This document shows, one piece after another, positions 38,431 through 51,249 of a DNA stretch of 64,000 bases. Under the pieces are notes generated by a model that saw only the letters and a list, made by a program, of their open reading frames with translations, was not told the origin of the DNA and searched no databases. The position numbers were made by a program, and so were the translations under genes. Positions within the stretch are counted from its first letter, which is position 1. Each line of letters begins with the position of its first letter. This DNA comes from Auanema rhodensis (lineage: Eukaryota > Animalia > Nematoda), in contig OZ059896.1 of NCBI GenBank assembly GCA_964057225.1, positions 3,348,001 through 3,412,000 on the forward strand, in the 5' to 3' direction.

Positions 38431-41400
38431 GTGAAAATCGAGGATACAAGTGTGAACTTATATCAGATGATATCTAGGTGCATTTTTAAGCTAGCGCAAA
38501 TCTGATAACACAGATCGACGCAGCTTAAAAATCCGCATCGAATGCACTATATTACATTGAGGAAAGCTTAATACAAAAATTAGTTATGATCGTTTGAAAA
38601 ATGATGCATTAGTGTATGTTGAGTTTCCATGTACACTCAAAATTGCTTCCAAAAACATTTTGACAAAAATTTTTTCGAAAAATTTCAAAATAATTTAGCA
38701 AAAAGTAGATGTTTTTAGATTCCTTTTTTAAGGCAAAAACGATGGACAATGTTATTCAACGAAAAAATTAATTCTTCAGGGTGAAAATCGAGGATATAAG
38801 TGTGAACTTATATCAGTTGATATCTCGGTGCATTTTTAAGCTAGCGCAAATCTGATAACACAGATCGACGCAGCTTAAAAATCCGCATCGAATGCACTAT
38901 ATTACATGGAGGAAAGCTTAATACAAAAATTAGTTATGATTGTTTGAAAAATGATGCATTAGTGTATGTTGAGTTTCCATGTACACTCAAAATTGCTTCC
39001 AAAAACATTTTGACAAAAATTTTTTCGAAAAATTTCAAAATAATTTAGCAAAAAGTAGATGTTTTTAGATTCCTTCTTTCAAGGCAAAAACGATGGACAA
39101 TGTTATTCAACGAAAAAATTAATTCTTCAGGGTGAAAATCGAGGATATAAGTGTGAACTTATATCAGTTGATATCTCGGTGCATTTTTAAGCTAGCGCAA
39201 ATCTGATAACACAGATCGACGCAGCTTAAAAATCCGCATCGAATGCATTATACTACATGGAGAAACGCTCATCACAAAAATTAGTTATGATCGTTTGAAA
39301 AATGATGCATTAGTGTATGTTGAGTTTCCATGTACACTCAACATTGCTTCCAAAAACATTTTGACAAAATTTTTTCGAAAAATTTCAAAATAATTTCGCA
39401 AAAAGTAGATGTTTTTAGATTCCTTTTTTTGAGGCAAAAACGATGGACAATGTTATTCAACGAAAAAATTAATTCTTCAGGGTGAAAATCGAGGATATAA
39501 GTGTGAACTTATATCAGTTAATATCTCGGTGCATTTTTAAGCTAGCGCAAATCTGATAACACAGATCGACGCAGCTTAAAAGTCCGCATCGAATGCACTA
39601 TACTACATGGAGAAACGCTCATCACAAAAATTAGTTATGATCGTTTGAAAAATGATGCATTAGTGTATGTTGAGTTTCCATGTACACTCAACATTGCTTC
39701 CAAAAACATTTTGACAAAATTTTTTCGAAAAATTTCAAAATAATTTCGCAAAAAGTAGATGTTTTTAGATTCCTTTTTTTGAGGCAAAAACGATGGACAA
39801 TGTTATTCAACGAAAAAATTAATTGTTCAGGGTGAAAATCGAGGATATAAGTGTGAACTTATATCAGTTAATATCTCGGTGCATTTTTAAGCTAGCGCAA
39901 ATCTGATAACACAGATCGACGCAGCTTAAAAGTCCGCATCGAATGCACTATACTACATTAAGAAAAGCTTAATACAAAAATTAGTTACGATCGTTTGAAA
40001 AATGATGCATTAGTGTATGTTGAGTTTCCATGTACACTCAAAATTGCTTCCAAAAACATTTTGACAAAATTTTTTCGAAAAATTTCAAAATAATTTCGCA
40101 AAAAGTAGATGTTTTTAGATTCCTTTTTTCAAGGCAAAAACGATGGACAATGTTATTCAACGAAAAAATTAATTCTTCAGGGTGAAAATCGAGGATATAA
40201 GTGTGAACTTATATCAGATGATATCTCGGTGCATTTTTAAGCTAGCGCAAATCTGATAACACAGATCGACGCAGCTTAAAAATCCGCATCGAATGCACTA
40301 TATTACATTGAGGAAAGCTTAATACGAAAATTAGTTATGATCGTTTGAAAAATGATGCATTAGTGTATGTTGAGTTTCCATGTACACTCAAAATTGCTTC
40401 CAAAAACATTTTGACAAAAATTTTTTCGAAAAATTTCAAAATAATTTAGCAAAAAGTAGATGTTTTTAGATTCCTTTTTTCAAGGCAAAAACGATGGACA
40501 ATGTTATTCAACGAAAAAATTAATTCTTCAGGGTGAAAATCGAGGATATAAGTGTGAACTTATATCAGTTGATATCTTGGTGCATTTTTAAGCTAGCGCA
40601 AATCTGATAACATAGATCGACGCAGCTTAAAAGTCCGCATCGAAAGCACTATACTACATTAAGAAAAGCTTAATACAAAAATTAGTTATGATCGTTTGAA
40701 AAATGATGCATTAGTGTATGTTGAGTTTCCATGTACACTCAACATTGCTTCCAAAAACATTTTGACAAAAATTTTTTCGAAAAATTTCAAAATAATTTAG
40801 CAAAAAGTAGATGTTTTTAGATTCCTTTTTTAAAGGCAAAAACGATGGACAATGTTATTCAACGAAAAAATTAATTCTTCAGGGTGAAAATCGAGGATAC
40901 AAGTGTGAACTTATATCAGATGATATCTAGGTGCATTTTTAAGCTAGCGCAAATCTGATAACACAGATCGACGCAGCTTAAAAATCCGCATCGAATGCAC
41001 TATATTACATTGAGGAAAGCTTAATACAGAAATTAGTTATGATCGTTTGAAAAATGATGCATTAGTGTATGTTGAGTTTCCATGTACACTCAAAATTGCT
41101 TCCAAAAACATTTTGACAAAAATTTTTTCGAAAAATTTCAAAATAATTTAGCAAAAAGTAGATGTTTTTAGATTCCTTTTTTTAAGGCAAAAACGATGGA
41201 CAATGTTATTCAACGAAAAAATTAATTCTTCAGGGTGAAAATCGAGGATATAAGTGTGAACTTATATCAGTTGATATCTCGGTGCATTTTTAAGCTAGCG
41301 CAAATCTGATAACACAGATCGACGCAGCTTAAAAATCCGCATCGAATGCACTATATTACATTGAGGAAAGCTTAATACAAAAATTAGTTATGATTGTTTG

Positions 41401-42500
41401 AAAAATGATGCATTAGTGTATGTTGAGTTTCCATGTACACTCAAAATTGCTTCCAAAAACATTTTGACAAAAATTTTTTCGAAAAATTTCAAAATAATTT
41501 AGCAAAAAGTAGATGTTTTTAGATTCCTTCTTTCAAGGCAAAAACGATGGACAATGTTATTCAACGAAAAAATTAATTCTTCAGGGTGAAAATCGAGGAT
41601 ATAAGTGTGAACTTATATCAGTTGATATCTCGGTGCATTTTTAAGCTAGCGCAAATCTGATAACACAGATCGACGCAGCTTAAAAATCCGCATCGAATGC
41701 ATTATACTACATGGAGAAACGCTCATCACAAAAATTAGTTATGATCGTTTGAAAAATGATGCATTAGTGTATGTTGAGTTTCCATGTACACTCAAAATTG
41801 CTTCCAAAAACATTTTGACAAAATTTTTTCGAAAAATTTCAAAATAATTTCGCAAAAAGTAGATGTTTTTAGATTCCTTTTTTTGAGGCAAAAACGATGG
41901 ACAATGTTATTCAACGAAAAAATTAATTCTTCAGGGTGAAAATCGAGGATATAAGTGTGAACTTATATCAGTTGATATCTCGGTGCATTTTTTAGCTAGC
42001 GCAAATCTGATAACACAGATCGACGCAGCTTAAAAGTCCGCATCGAATGCACTATACTACATTAAGAAAAGCTTAATACAAAAATTAGTTACGATCGTTT
42101 GAAAAATGATGCATTAGTGTATGTTGAGTTTCCATGTACACTCAAAATTGCTTCCAAAAACATTTTGACAAAATTTTTTCGAAAAATTTCAAAATAATTT
42201 CGCAAAAAGTAGATGTTTTTAGATTCCTTCTTTCAAGGCAAAAACGATGGACAATGTTATTCAACGAAAAAATTAATTCTTCAGGGTGAAAATCGAGGAT
42301 ATAAGTGTGAACTTATATCAGTTGATATCTCGGTGCATTTTTAAGCTAGCGCAAATCTGATAACACAGATCGACGCAGCTTAAAAATCCGCATCGAATGC
42401 ACTATATTACATTGACGAAAGCTTAATACAAAAATTAGTTATGATTGTTTGAAAAATGATGCATTAGTGTATGTTGAGTTTCCATGTACACTCAAAATTG
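37800..42500. repeat. About 13-monomer block, copy 2 of the long-range duplication; boundaries approximate
   Basis: Same marker series as 29.0-33.75 kb. A 1-bp T-run deletion near 38.73 kb shifts the offset from 8763 to 8762, and there is a private TTGACGAAA variant near 42416. Confidence 0.88.
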
Positions 42501-43479
42501 CTTCCAAAAACATTTTGACAAAAATTTTTTCGAAAAATTTCAAAATAATTTAGCAAAAAGTAGATGTTTTTAGATTCCTTCTTTCAAGGCAAAAACGATG
42601 GACAATGTTATTCAACGAAAAAATTAATTCTTCAGGGTGAAAATCGAGGATATAAGTGTGAACTTATATCAGTTGATATCTCGGTGCATTTTTAAGCTAG
42701 CGCAAATCTGATAACACAGATCGACGCAGCTTAAAAATCCGCATCGAATGCATTATACTACATGGAGAAACGCTCATCACAAAAATTAGTTATGATCGTT
42801 TGAAAAATGATGCATTAGTGTATGTTGAGTTTCCATGTACACTCAAAATTGCTTCCAAAAACATTTTGACAAAATTTTTTCGAAAAATTTCAAAATAATT
42901 TCGCAAAAAGTAGATGTTTTTAGATTCCTTTTTTTGAGGCAAAAACGATGGACAATGTTATTCAACGAAAAAATTAATTCTTCAGGGTGAAAATCGAGGA
43001 TATAAGTGTGAACTTATATCAGTTAATATCTCGGTGCATTTTTAAGCTAGCGCAAATCTGATAACACAGATCGACGCAGCTTAAAAGTCCGCATCGAATG
43101 CACTATACTACATTAAGAAAAGCTTAATACAAAAATTAGTTACGATCGTTTGAAAAATGATGCATTAGTGTATGTTGAGTTTCCATGTACACTCAAAATT
43201 GCTTCCAAAAACATTTTGACAAAATTTTTTCGAAAAATTTCAAAATAATTTCGCAAAAAGTAGATGTTTTTAGATTCCTTCTTTCAAGGCAAAAACGATG
43301 GACAATGTTATTCAACGAAAAAATTAATTCTTCAGGGTGAAAATCGAGGATATAAGTGTGAACTTATATCAGTTGATATCTCGGTGCATTTTTAAGCTAG
43401 CGCAAATCTGATAACATAGATCGACGCAGCTTAAAAATCCGCATCGAATGCATTATACTACATGGAGAAACGCTCATCA

Positions 43480-45670
43480 CAAAAATTAGTTATGATCGTT
43501 TGAAAAATGATGCATTAGTGTATGTTGAGTTTCCATGTACACTCAACATTGCTTCCAAAAACATTTTGACAAAATTTTTTCGAAAAATTTCAAAATAATT
43601 TCGCAAAAAGTAGATGTTTTTAGATTCCTTTTTTTGAGGCAAAAACGATGGACAATGTTATTCAACGAAAAAATTAATTCTTCAGGGTGAAAATCGAGGA
43701 TATAAGTGTGAACTTATATCAGTTGATATCTCGGTGCATTTTTAAGCTAGCGCAAATCTGATAACACAGATCGACGCAGCTTAAAAATCCGCATCGAATG
43801 CATTATACTACATGGAGAAACGCTCATCACAAAAATTAGTTATGATCGTTTGAAAAATGATGCATTAGTGTATGTTGAGTTTCCATGTACACTCAACATT
43901 GCTTCCAAAAACATTTTGACAAAATTTTTTCGAAAAATTTCAAAATAATTTCGCAAAAAGTAGATGTTTTTAGATTCCTTTTTTTGAGGCAAAAACGATG
44001 GACAATGTTATTCAACGAAAAAATTAATTCTTCAGAGTGAAAATCGAGGATATAAGTGTGAACTTATATCAGTTAATATCTCGGTGCATTTTTAAGCTAG
44101 CGCAAATCTGATAACACAGATCGACGCAGCTTAAAAAACCGCATCGAATGCACTATATTACATTGAGAAAAGCTTAATACAAAAATTAGTTATGATCGTT
44201 TGAAAAATGATGCATTAGTGTATGTTGAGTTTCCATGTACACTCAACATTGCTTCCAAAAACATTTTGACAAAATTTTTTCGAAAAATTTCAAAATAATT
44301 TCGCAAAAAGTAGATGTTTTTAGATTCCTTTTTTTGAGGCAAAAACGATGGACAATGTTATTCAACGAAAAAATTAATTCTTCAGGGTGAAAATCGAGGA
44401 TATAAGTGTGAACTTATATCAGTTGATATCTCGGTGCATTTTTAAGCTAGCGCAAATCTGATAACACAGATCGACGCAGCTTAAAAATCCGCATCGAATG
44501 CATTATACTACATGGAGAAACGCTCATCACAAAAATTAGTTATGATCGTTTGAAAAATGATGCATTAGTGTATGTTGAGTTTCCATGTACACTCAACATT
44601 GCTTCCAAAAACATTTTGACAAAATTTTTTCGAAAAATTTCAAAATAATTTCGCAAAAAGTAGATGTTTTTAGATTCCTTTTTTTGAGGCAAAAACGATG
44701 GACAATGTTATTCAACGAAAAAATTAATTCTTCAGAGTGAAAATCGAGGATATAAGTGTGAACTTATATCAGTTAATATCTCGGTGCATTTTTAAGCTAG
44801 CGCAAATCTGATAACACAGATCGACGCAGCTTAAAAAACCGCATCGAATGCACTATATTACATTGAGAAAAGCTTAATACAAAAATTAGTTATGATCGTT
44901 TGAAAAATGATGCATTAGTGTATGTTGAGTTTCCATGTACACTCAACATTGCTTCCAAAAACATTTTGACAAAATTTTTTCGAAAAATTTCAAAATAATT
45001 TCGCAAAAAGTAGATGTTTTTAGATTCCTTTTTTTGAGGCAAAAACGATGGACAATGTTATTCAACGAAAAAATTAATTCTTCAGGGTGAAAATCGAGGA
45101 TATAAGTGTGAACTTATATCAGTTGATATCTCGGTGCATTTTTAAGCTAGCGCAAATCTGATAACACAGATCGACGCAGCTTAAAAATCCGCATCGAATG
45201 CATTATACTACATGGAGAAACGCTCATCACAAAAATTAGTTATGATCGTTTGAAAAATGATGCATTAGTGTATGTTGAGTTTCCATGTACACTCAACATT
45301 GCTTCCAAAAACATTTTGACAAAATTTTTTCGAAAAATTTCAAAATAATTTCGCAAAAAGTAGATGTTTTTAGATTCCTTTTTTTGAGGCAAAAACGATG
45401 GACAATGTTATTCAACGAAAAAATTAATTCTTCAGAGTGAAAATCGAGGATATAAGTGTGAACTTATATCAGTTAATATCTCGGTGCATTTTTAAGCTAG
45501 CGCAAATCTGATAACACAGATCGACGCAGCTTAAAAAACCGCATCGAATGCACTATATTACATTGAGAAAAGCTTAATACAAAAATTAGTTATGATCGTT
45601 TGAAAAATGATGCATTAGTGTATGTTGAGTTTCCATGTACACTCAACATTGCTTCCAAAAACATTTTGAC
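43480..45670. repeat. Dimer (700 bp) repeated three times
   Basis: The rare TTCAGAGTG variant occurs at 44036, 44736 and 45436, and all monomers in the block are the 350-bp form. Confidence 0.88.
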
Positions 45671-48600
45671 AAAAATTTTTTCGAAAAATTTCAAAATAAT
45701 TTAGCAAAAAGTAGATGTTTTTAGATTCCTTTTTTCAAGGCAAAAACGATGGACAATGTTATTCAACGAAAAAATTAATTCTTCAGGGTGAAAATCGAGG
45801 ATATAAGTGTGAACTTATATCAGATGATATCTCGGTGCATTTTTAAGCTAGCGCAAATCTGATAACACAGATCGACGCAGCTTAAAAATCCGCATCGAAT
45901 GCACTATATTACATTGAGGAAAGCTTAATACAAAAATTAGTTATGATCGTTTGAAAAATGATGCATTAGTGTATGTTGAGTTTCCATGTACACTCAAAAT
46001 TGCTTCCAAAAACATTTTGACAAAAATTTTTTCGAAAAATTTCAAAATAATTTAGCAAAAAGTAGATGTTTTTAGATTCCTTCTTTCAAGGCAAAAACGA
46101 TGGACAATGTTATTCAACGAAAAAATTAATTCTTCAGGGTGAAAATCGAGGATATAAGTGTGAACTTATATCAGTTGATATCTCGGTGCATTTTTAAGCT
46201 AGCGCAAATCTGATAACACAGATCGACGCAGCTTAAAAATCCGCATCGAATGCATTATACTACATGGAGAAACGCTCATCACAAAAATTAGTTATGATCG
46301 TTTGAAAAATGATGCATTAGTGTATGTTGAGTTTCCATGTACACTCAACATTGCTTCCAAAAACATTTTGACAAAATTTTTTCGAAAAATTTCAAAATAA
46401 TTTCGCAAAAAGTAGATGTTTTTAGATTCCTTTTTTTGAGGCGAAAACGATGGACAATGTTATTCAACGAAAAAATTAATTCTTCAGGGTGAAAATCGAG
46501 GATATAAGTGTGAACTTATATCAGTTAATATCTCGGTGCATTTTTAAGCTAGCGCAAATCTGATAACACAGATCGACGCAGCTTAAAAAACCGCATCGAA
46601 TGCACTATATTACATTGAGAAAAGCTTAATACAAAAATTAGTTATGATCGTTTGAAAAATGATGCATTAGTGTATGTTGAGTTTCCATGTACACTCAACA
46701 TTGCTTCCAAAAACATTTTGACAAAAATTTTTTCGAAAAATTTCAAAATAATTTAGCAAAAAGTAGATGTTTTTAGATTCCTTTTTTCAAGGCAAAAACG
46801 ATGGACAATGTTATTCAACGAAAAAATTAATTCTTCAGGGTGAAAATCGAGGATATAAGTGTGAACTTATATCAGATGATATCTCGGTGCATTTTTAAGC
46901 TAGCGCAAATCTGATAACACAGATCGACGCAGCTTAAAAGTCCGCATCGAATGCACTATACTACATTGAGAAAAGCTTAATACAAAAATTAGTTATGATC
47001 GTTTGAAAAATGATGCATTAGTGTATGTTGAGTTTCCATGTACACTCAAAATTGCTTCCAAAAACATTTTGACAAAAATTTTTTCGAAAAATTTCAAAAT
47101 AATTTAGCAAAAAGTAGATGTTTTTAGATTCCTTCTTTCAAGGCAAAAACGATGGGCAATGTTATTCAACGAAAAAATTAATTCTTCAGGGTGAAAATCG
47201 AGGATATAAGTGTGAACTTATATCAGTTGATATCTCGGTGCATTTTTAAGCTAGCGCAAATCTGATAACACAGATCGACGCAGCTTAAAAATCCGCATCG
47301 AATGCATTATACTACATGGAGTAACGCTCATCACAAAAATTAGTTATGATCGTTTGAAAAATGATGCATTAGTGTATGTTGAGTTTCCATGTACACTCAA
47401 CATTGCTTCCAAAAACATTTTGACAAAATTTTTTCGAAAAATTTCAAAATAATTTCGCAAAAAGTAGATGTTTTTAGATTCCTTTTTTTGAGGCAAAAAC
47501 GATGGACAATGTTATTCAACGAAAAAATTAATTCTTCAGGGTGAAAATCGAGGATATAAGTGTGAACTTATATCAGTTGATATCTCGGTGCATTTTTAAG
47601 CTAGCGCAAATCTGATAACACAGATCGACGCAGCTTAAAAATCCGCATCGAATGCACTATATTACATTGAGGAAAGCTTAATACAAAAATTAGTTATGAT
47701 CGTTTGAAAAATGATGCATTAGTGTATGTTGAGTTTCCATGTACACTCAAAATTGCTTCCAAAAACATTTTGACAAAAATTTTTTCGAAAAATTTCAAAA
47801 TAATTTAGCAAAACATAGATGTTTTTAGATTCCTTCTTTCAAGGCAAAAACGATGGACAATGTTATTCAACGAAAAAATTAATTCTTCAGGGTGAAAATC
47901 GAGGATATAAGTGTGAACTTATATCAGTTGATATCTCGGTGCATTTTTAAGCTAGCGCAAATCTGATAACACAGATCGACGCAGCTTAAAAGTCCGCATC
48001 GAATGCACTATACTACATTAAGCAAAGCTTAATACAAAAATTAGTTATGATCGTTTGAAAAATGATGCATTAGTGTATGTTGAGTTTCCATGTACACTCA
48101 AAATTGCTTCCAAAAACATTTTGACAAAAATTTTTTCGAAAAATTTCAAAATAATTTAGCAAAAAGTAGATGTTTTTAGATTCCTTTTTTCAAGGCAAAA
48201 ACGATGGACAATGTTATTCAACGAAAAAATTAATTCTTCAGGGTGAAAATCGAGGATATAAGTGTGAACTTATATCAGTTGATATCTCGGTGCATTTTTA
48301 AGCTAGCGCAAATCTGATAACACAGATCGACGCAGCTTAAAAATCCGCATCGAATGCATTATACTACATGGAGAAACGCTCATCACAAAAATTAGTTATG
48401 ATCGTTTGAAAAATGATGCATTAGTGTATGTTGAGTTTCCATGTACACTCAACATTGCTTCCAAAAACATTTTGACAAAATTTTTTCGAAAAATTTCAAA
48501 ATAATTTCGCAAAAAGTAGATGTTTTTAGATTCCTTTTTTTGAGGCAAAAACGATGGACAATGTTATTCAACGAAAAAATTAATTCTTCAGGGTGAAAAT

Positions 48601-51249
48601 CGAGGATATAAGTGTGAACTTATATCAGTTGATATCTCGGTGCATTTTTAAGCTAGCGCAAATCTGATAACATAGATCGACGCAGCTTAAAAGTCCGCAT
48701 CGAATGCACCATACTACATGGAGAAACGCTCATCACAAAAATTAGTTATGATCGTTTGAAAAATGATGCATTAGTGTATGTTGAGTTTCCATGTACACTC
48801 AAAATTGCTTCCAAAAACATTTTGACAAAAATTTTTTCGAAAAATTTCAAAATAATTTAGCAAAAAGTAGATGTTTTTAGATTCCTTTTTTCAAGGCAAA
48901 AACGATGGACAATGTTATTCAACGAAAAAATTAATTCTTCAGGGTGAAAATCGAGGATATAAGTGTGAACTTATATCAGTTGATATCTCGGTGCATTTTT
49001 AAGCTAGCGCAAATCTGATAACATAGATCGACGCAGCTTAAAAGTCCGCATCGAAAGCACTATACTACATTAAGAAAAGCTTAATACAAAAATTAGTTAT
49101 GATCGTTTGAAAAATGATGCATTAGTGTATGTTGAGTTTCCATGTACACTCAACATTGCTTCCAAAAACATTTTGACAAAAATTTTTTCGAAAAATTTCA
49201 AAATAATTTAGCAAAAAGTAGATGTTTTTAGATTCCTTTTTTCAAGGCAAAAACGATGGACAATGTTATTCAACGAAAAAATTAATTCTTCAGGGTGAAA
49301 ATCGAGGATACAAGTGTGAACTTATATCAGATGATATCTAGGTGCATTTTTAAGCTAGCGCAAATCTGATAACACAGATCGACGCAGCTTAAAAATCCGC
49401 ATCGAATGCACTATATTACATTGAGGAAAGCTTAATACAAAAATTAGTTATGATCGTTTGAAAAATGATGCATTAGTGTATGTTGAGTTTCCATGTACAC
49501 TCAAAATTGCTTCCAAAAACATTTTGACAAAAATTTTTTCGAAAAATTTCAAAATAATTTAGCAAAAAGTAGATGTTTTCAGATTCCTTTTTTTAAGGCA
49601 AAAACGATGGACAATGTTATTCAACGAAAAAATTAATTCTTCAGGGTGAAAATCGAGGATATAAGTGTGAACTTATATCAGTTGATATCTCGGTGCATTT
49701 TTAAGCTAGCGCAAATCTGATAACATAGATCGACGCAGCTTAAAAATCCGCATCGAATGCATTATACTACATGGAGAAACGCTCATCACAAAAATTAGTT
49801 ATGATCGTTTGAAAAATGATGCATTAGTGTATGTTGAGTTTCCATGTACACTCAACATTGCTTCCAAAAACATTTTGACAAAATTTTTTCGAAAAATTTC
49901 AAAATAATTTCGCAAAAAGTAGATGTTTTTAGATTCCTTTTTTTGAGGCAAAAACGATGGACAATGTTATTCAACGAAAAAATTAATTCTTCAGGGTGAA
50001 AATCGAGGATATAAGTGTGAACTTATATCAGTTGATATCTCGGTGCATTTTCAAGCTAGCGCAAATCTGATAGTACAGATCGACGCAGCTTAAAAATCCG
50101 CATCGAATGCACTATACTACATTGAGAAACGCTTAATACAAAAATAAGTTATGATCGTTTGAAAAATGATGCATTAGTGTATGTTGAGTTTCCATGTACA
50201 CTCAAAATTGCTTCCAAAAACATTTTGACAAAAATTTTTTCGAAAAATTTCAAAATAATTTAGCGAAAAGTAGATGTTTTTAGATTCCTTTTTTCAAGGC
50301 AAAAACGATGGACAATGTAATTCAACGAAAAAATTAATTCTTCAGGGTGAAAATCGAGGATATAAGTGTGAACTTATATCAGTTCATATCTCGGTGCATT
50401 TTCAAGCTAGCGCAAATCTGATAGTACAGATCGACGCAGCTTAAAAATCCGCATCGAATGCATTATACTACATGGAGAAACGCTCATCACAAAAATTAGT
50501 TATGATCGTTTGAAAAATGATGCATTAGTGTATGTTGAGTTTCCATGTACACTCAACATTGCTTCCAAAAACATTTTGACAAAATTTTTTCGAAAAATTT
50601 CAAAATAATTTCGCAAAAAGTAGATGTTTTTAAATTCCTTTTTTTGAGGCGAAAACGATGGACAATGTTATTCAACGAAAAAATTAATTCTTCAGGGTGA
50701 AAATCGAGGATATAAGTGTGAACTTATATCAGTTAATATCTCGGTGCATTTTTAAGCTAGCGCAAATCTGATAACACAGATCGACGCAGCTTAAAAGTCC
50801 GCATCGAATGCACTATACTACATTAAGAAAAGCTTAATACAAAAATTAGTTATGATCGTTTGAAAAATGATGCATTAGTGTATGTTGAGTTTCCATGTAC
50901 ACTCAAAATTGCTTCCAAAAACATTTTGACAAAAATTTTTTCGAAAAATTTCAAAATAATTTAGCAAAAAGTAGATGTTTTTAGATTCCTTCTTTCAAGG
51001 CAAAAACGATGGACAATGTTATTCAACGAAAAAATTAATTCTTCAGGGAGAAAATCGAGGATATAAGTGTGAACTTATATCAGTTCATATCTCGGTGCAT
51101 TTTTAAGCTAGCGCAAATCTGATAACACAGATCGACGCAGCTTAAAAATCCGCATCGAATGCACTATATTACATTGAGGAAAGCTTAATACAAAAATTAG
51201 TTATGATCGTTTGAAAAATGATGCATTAGTGTATGTTGAGTTTCCATGT

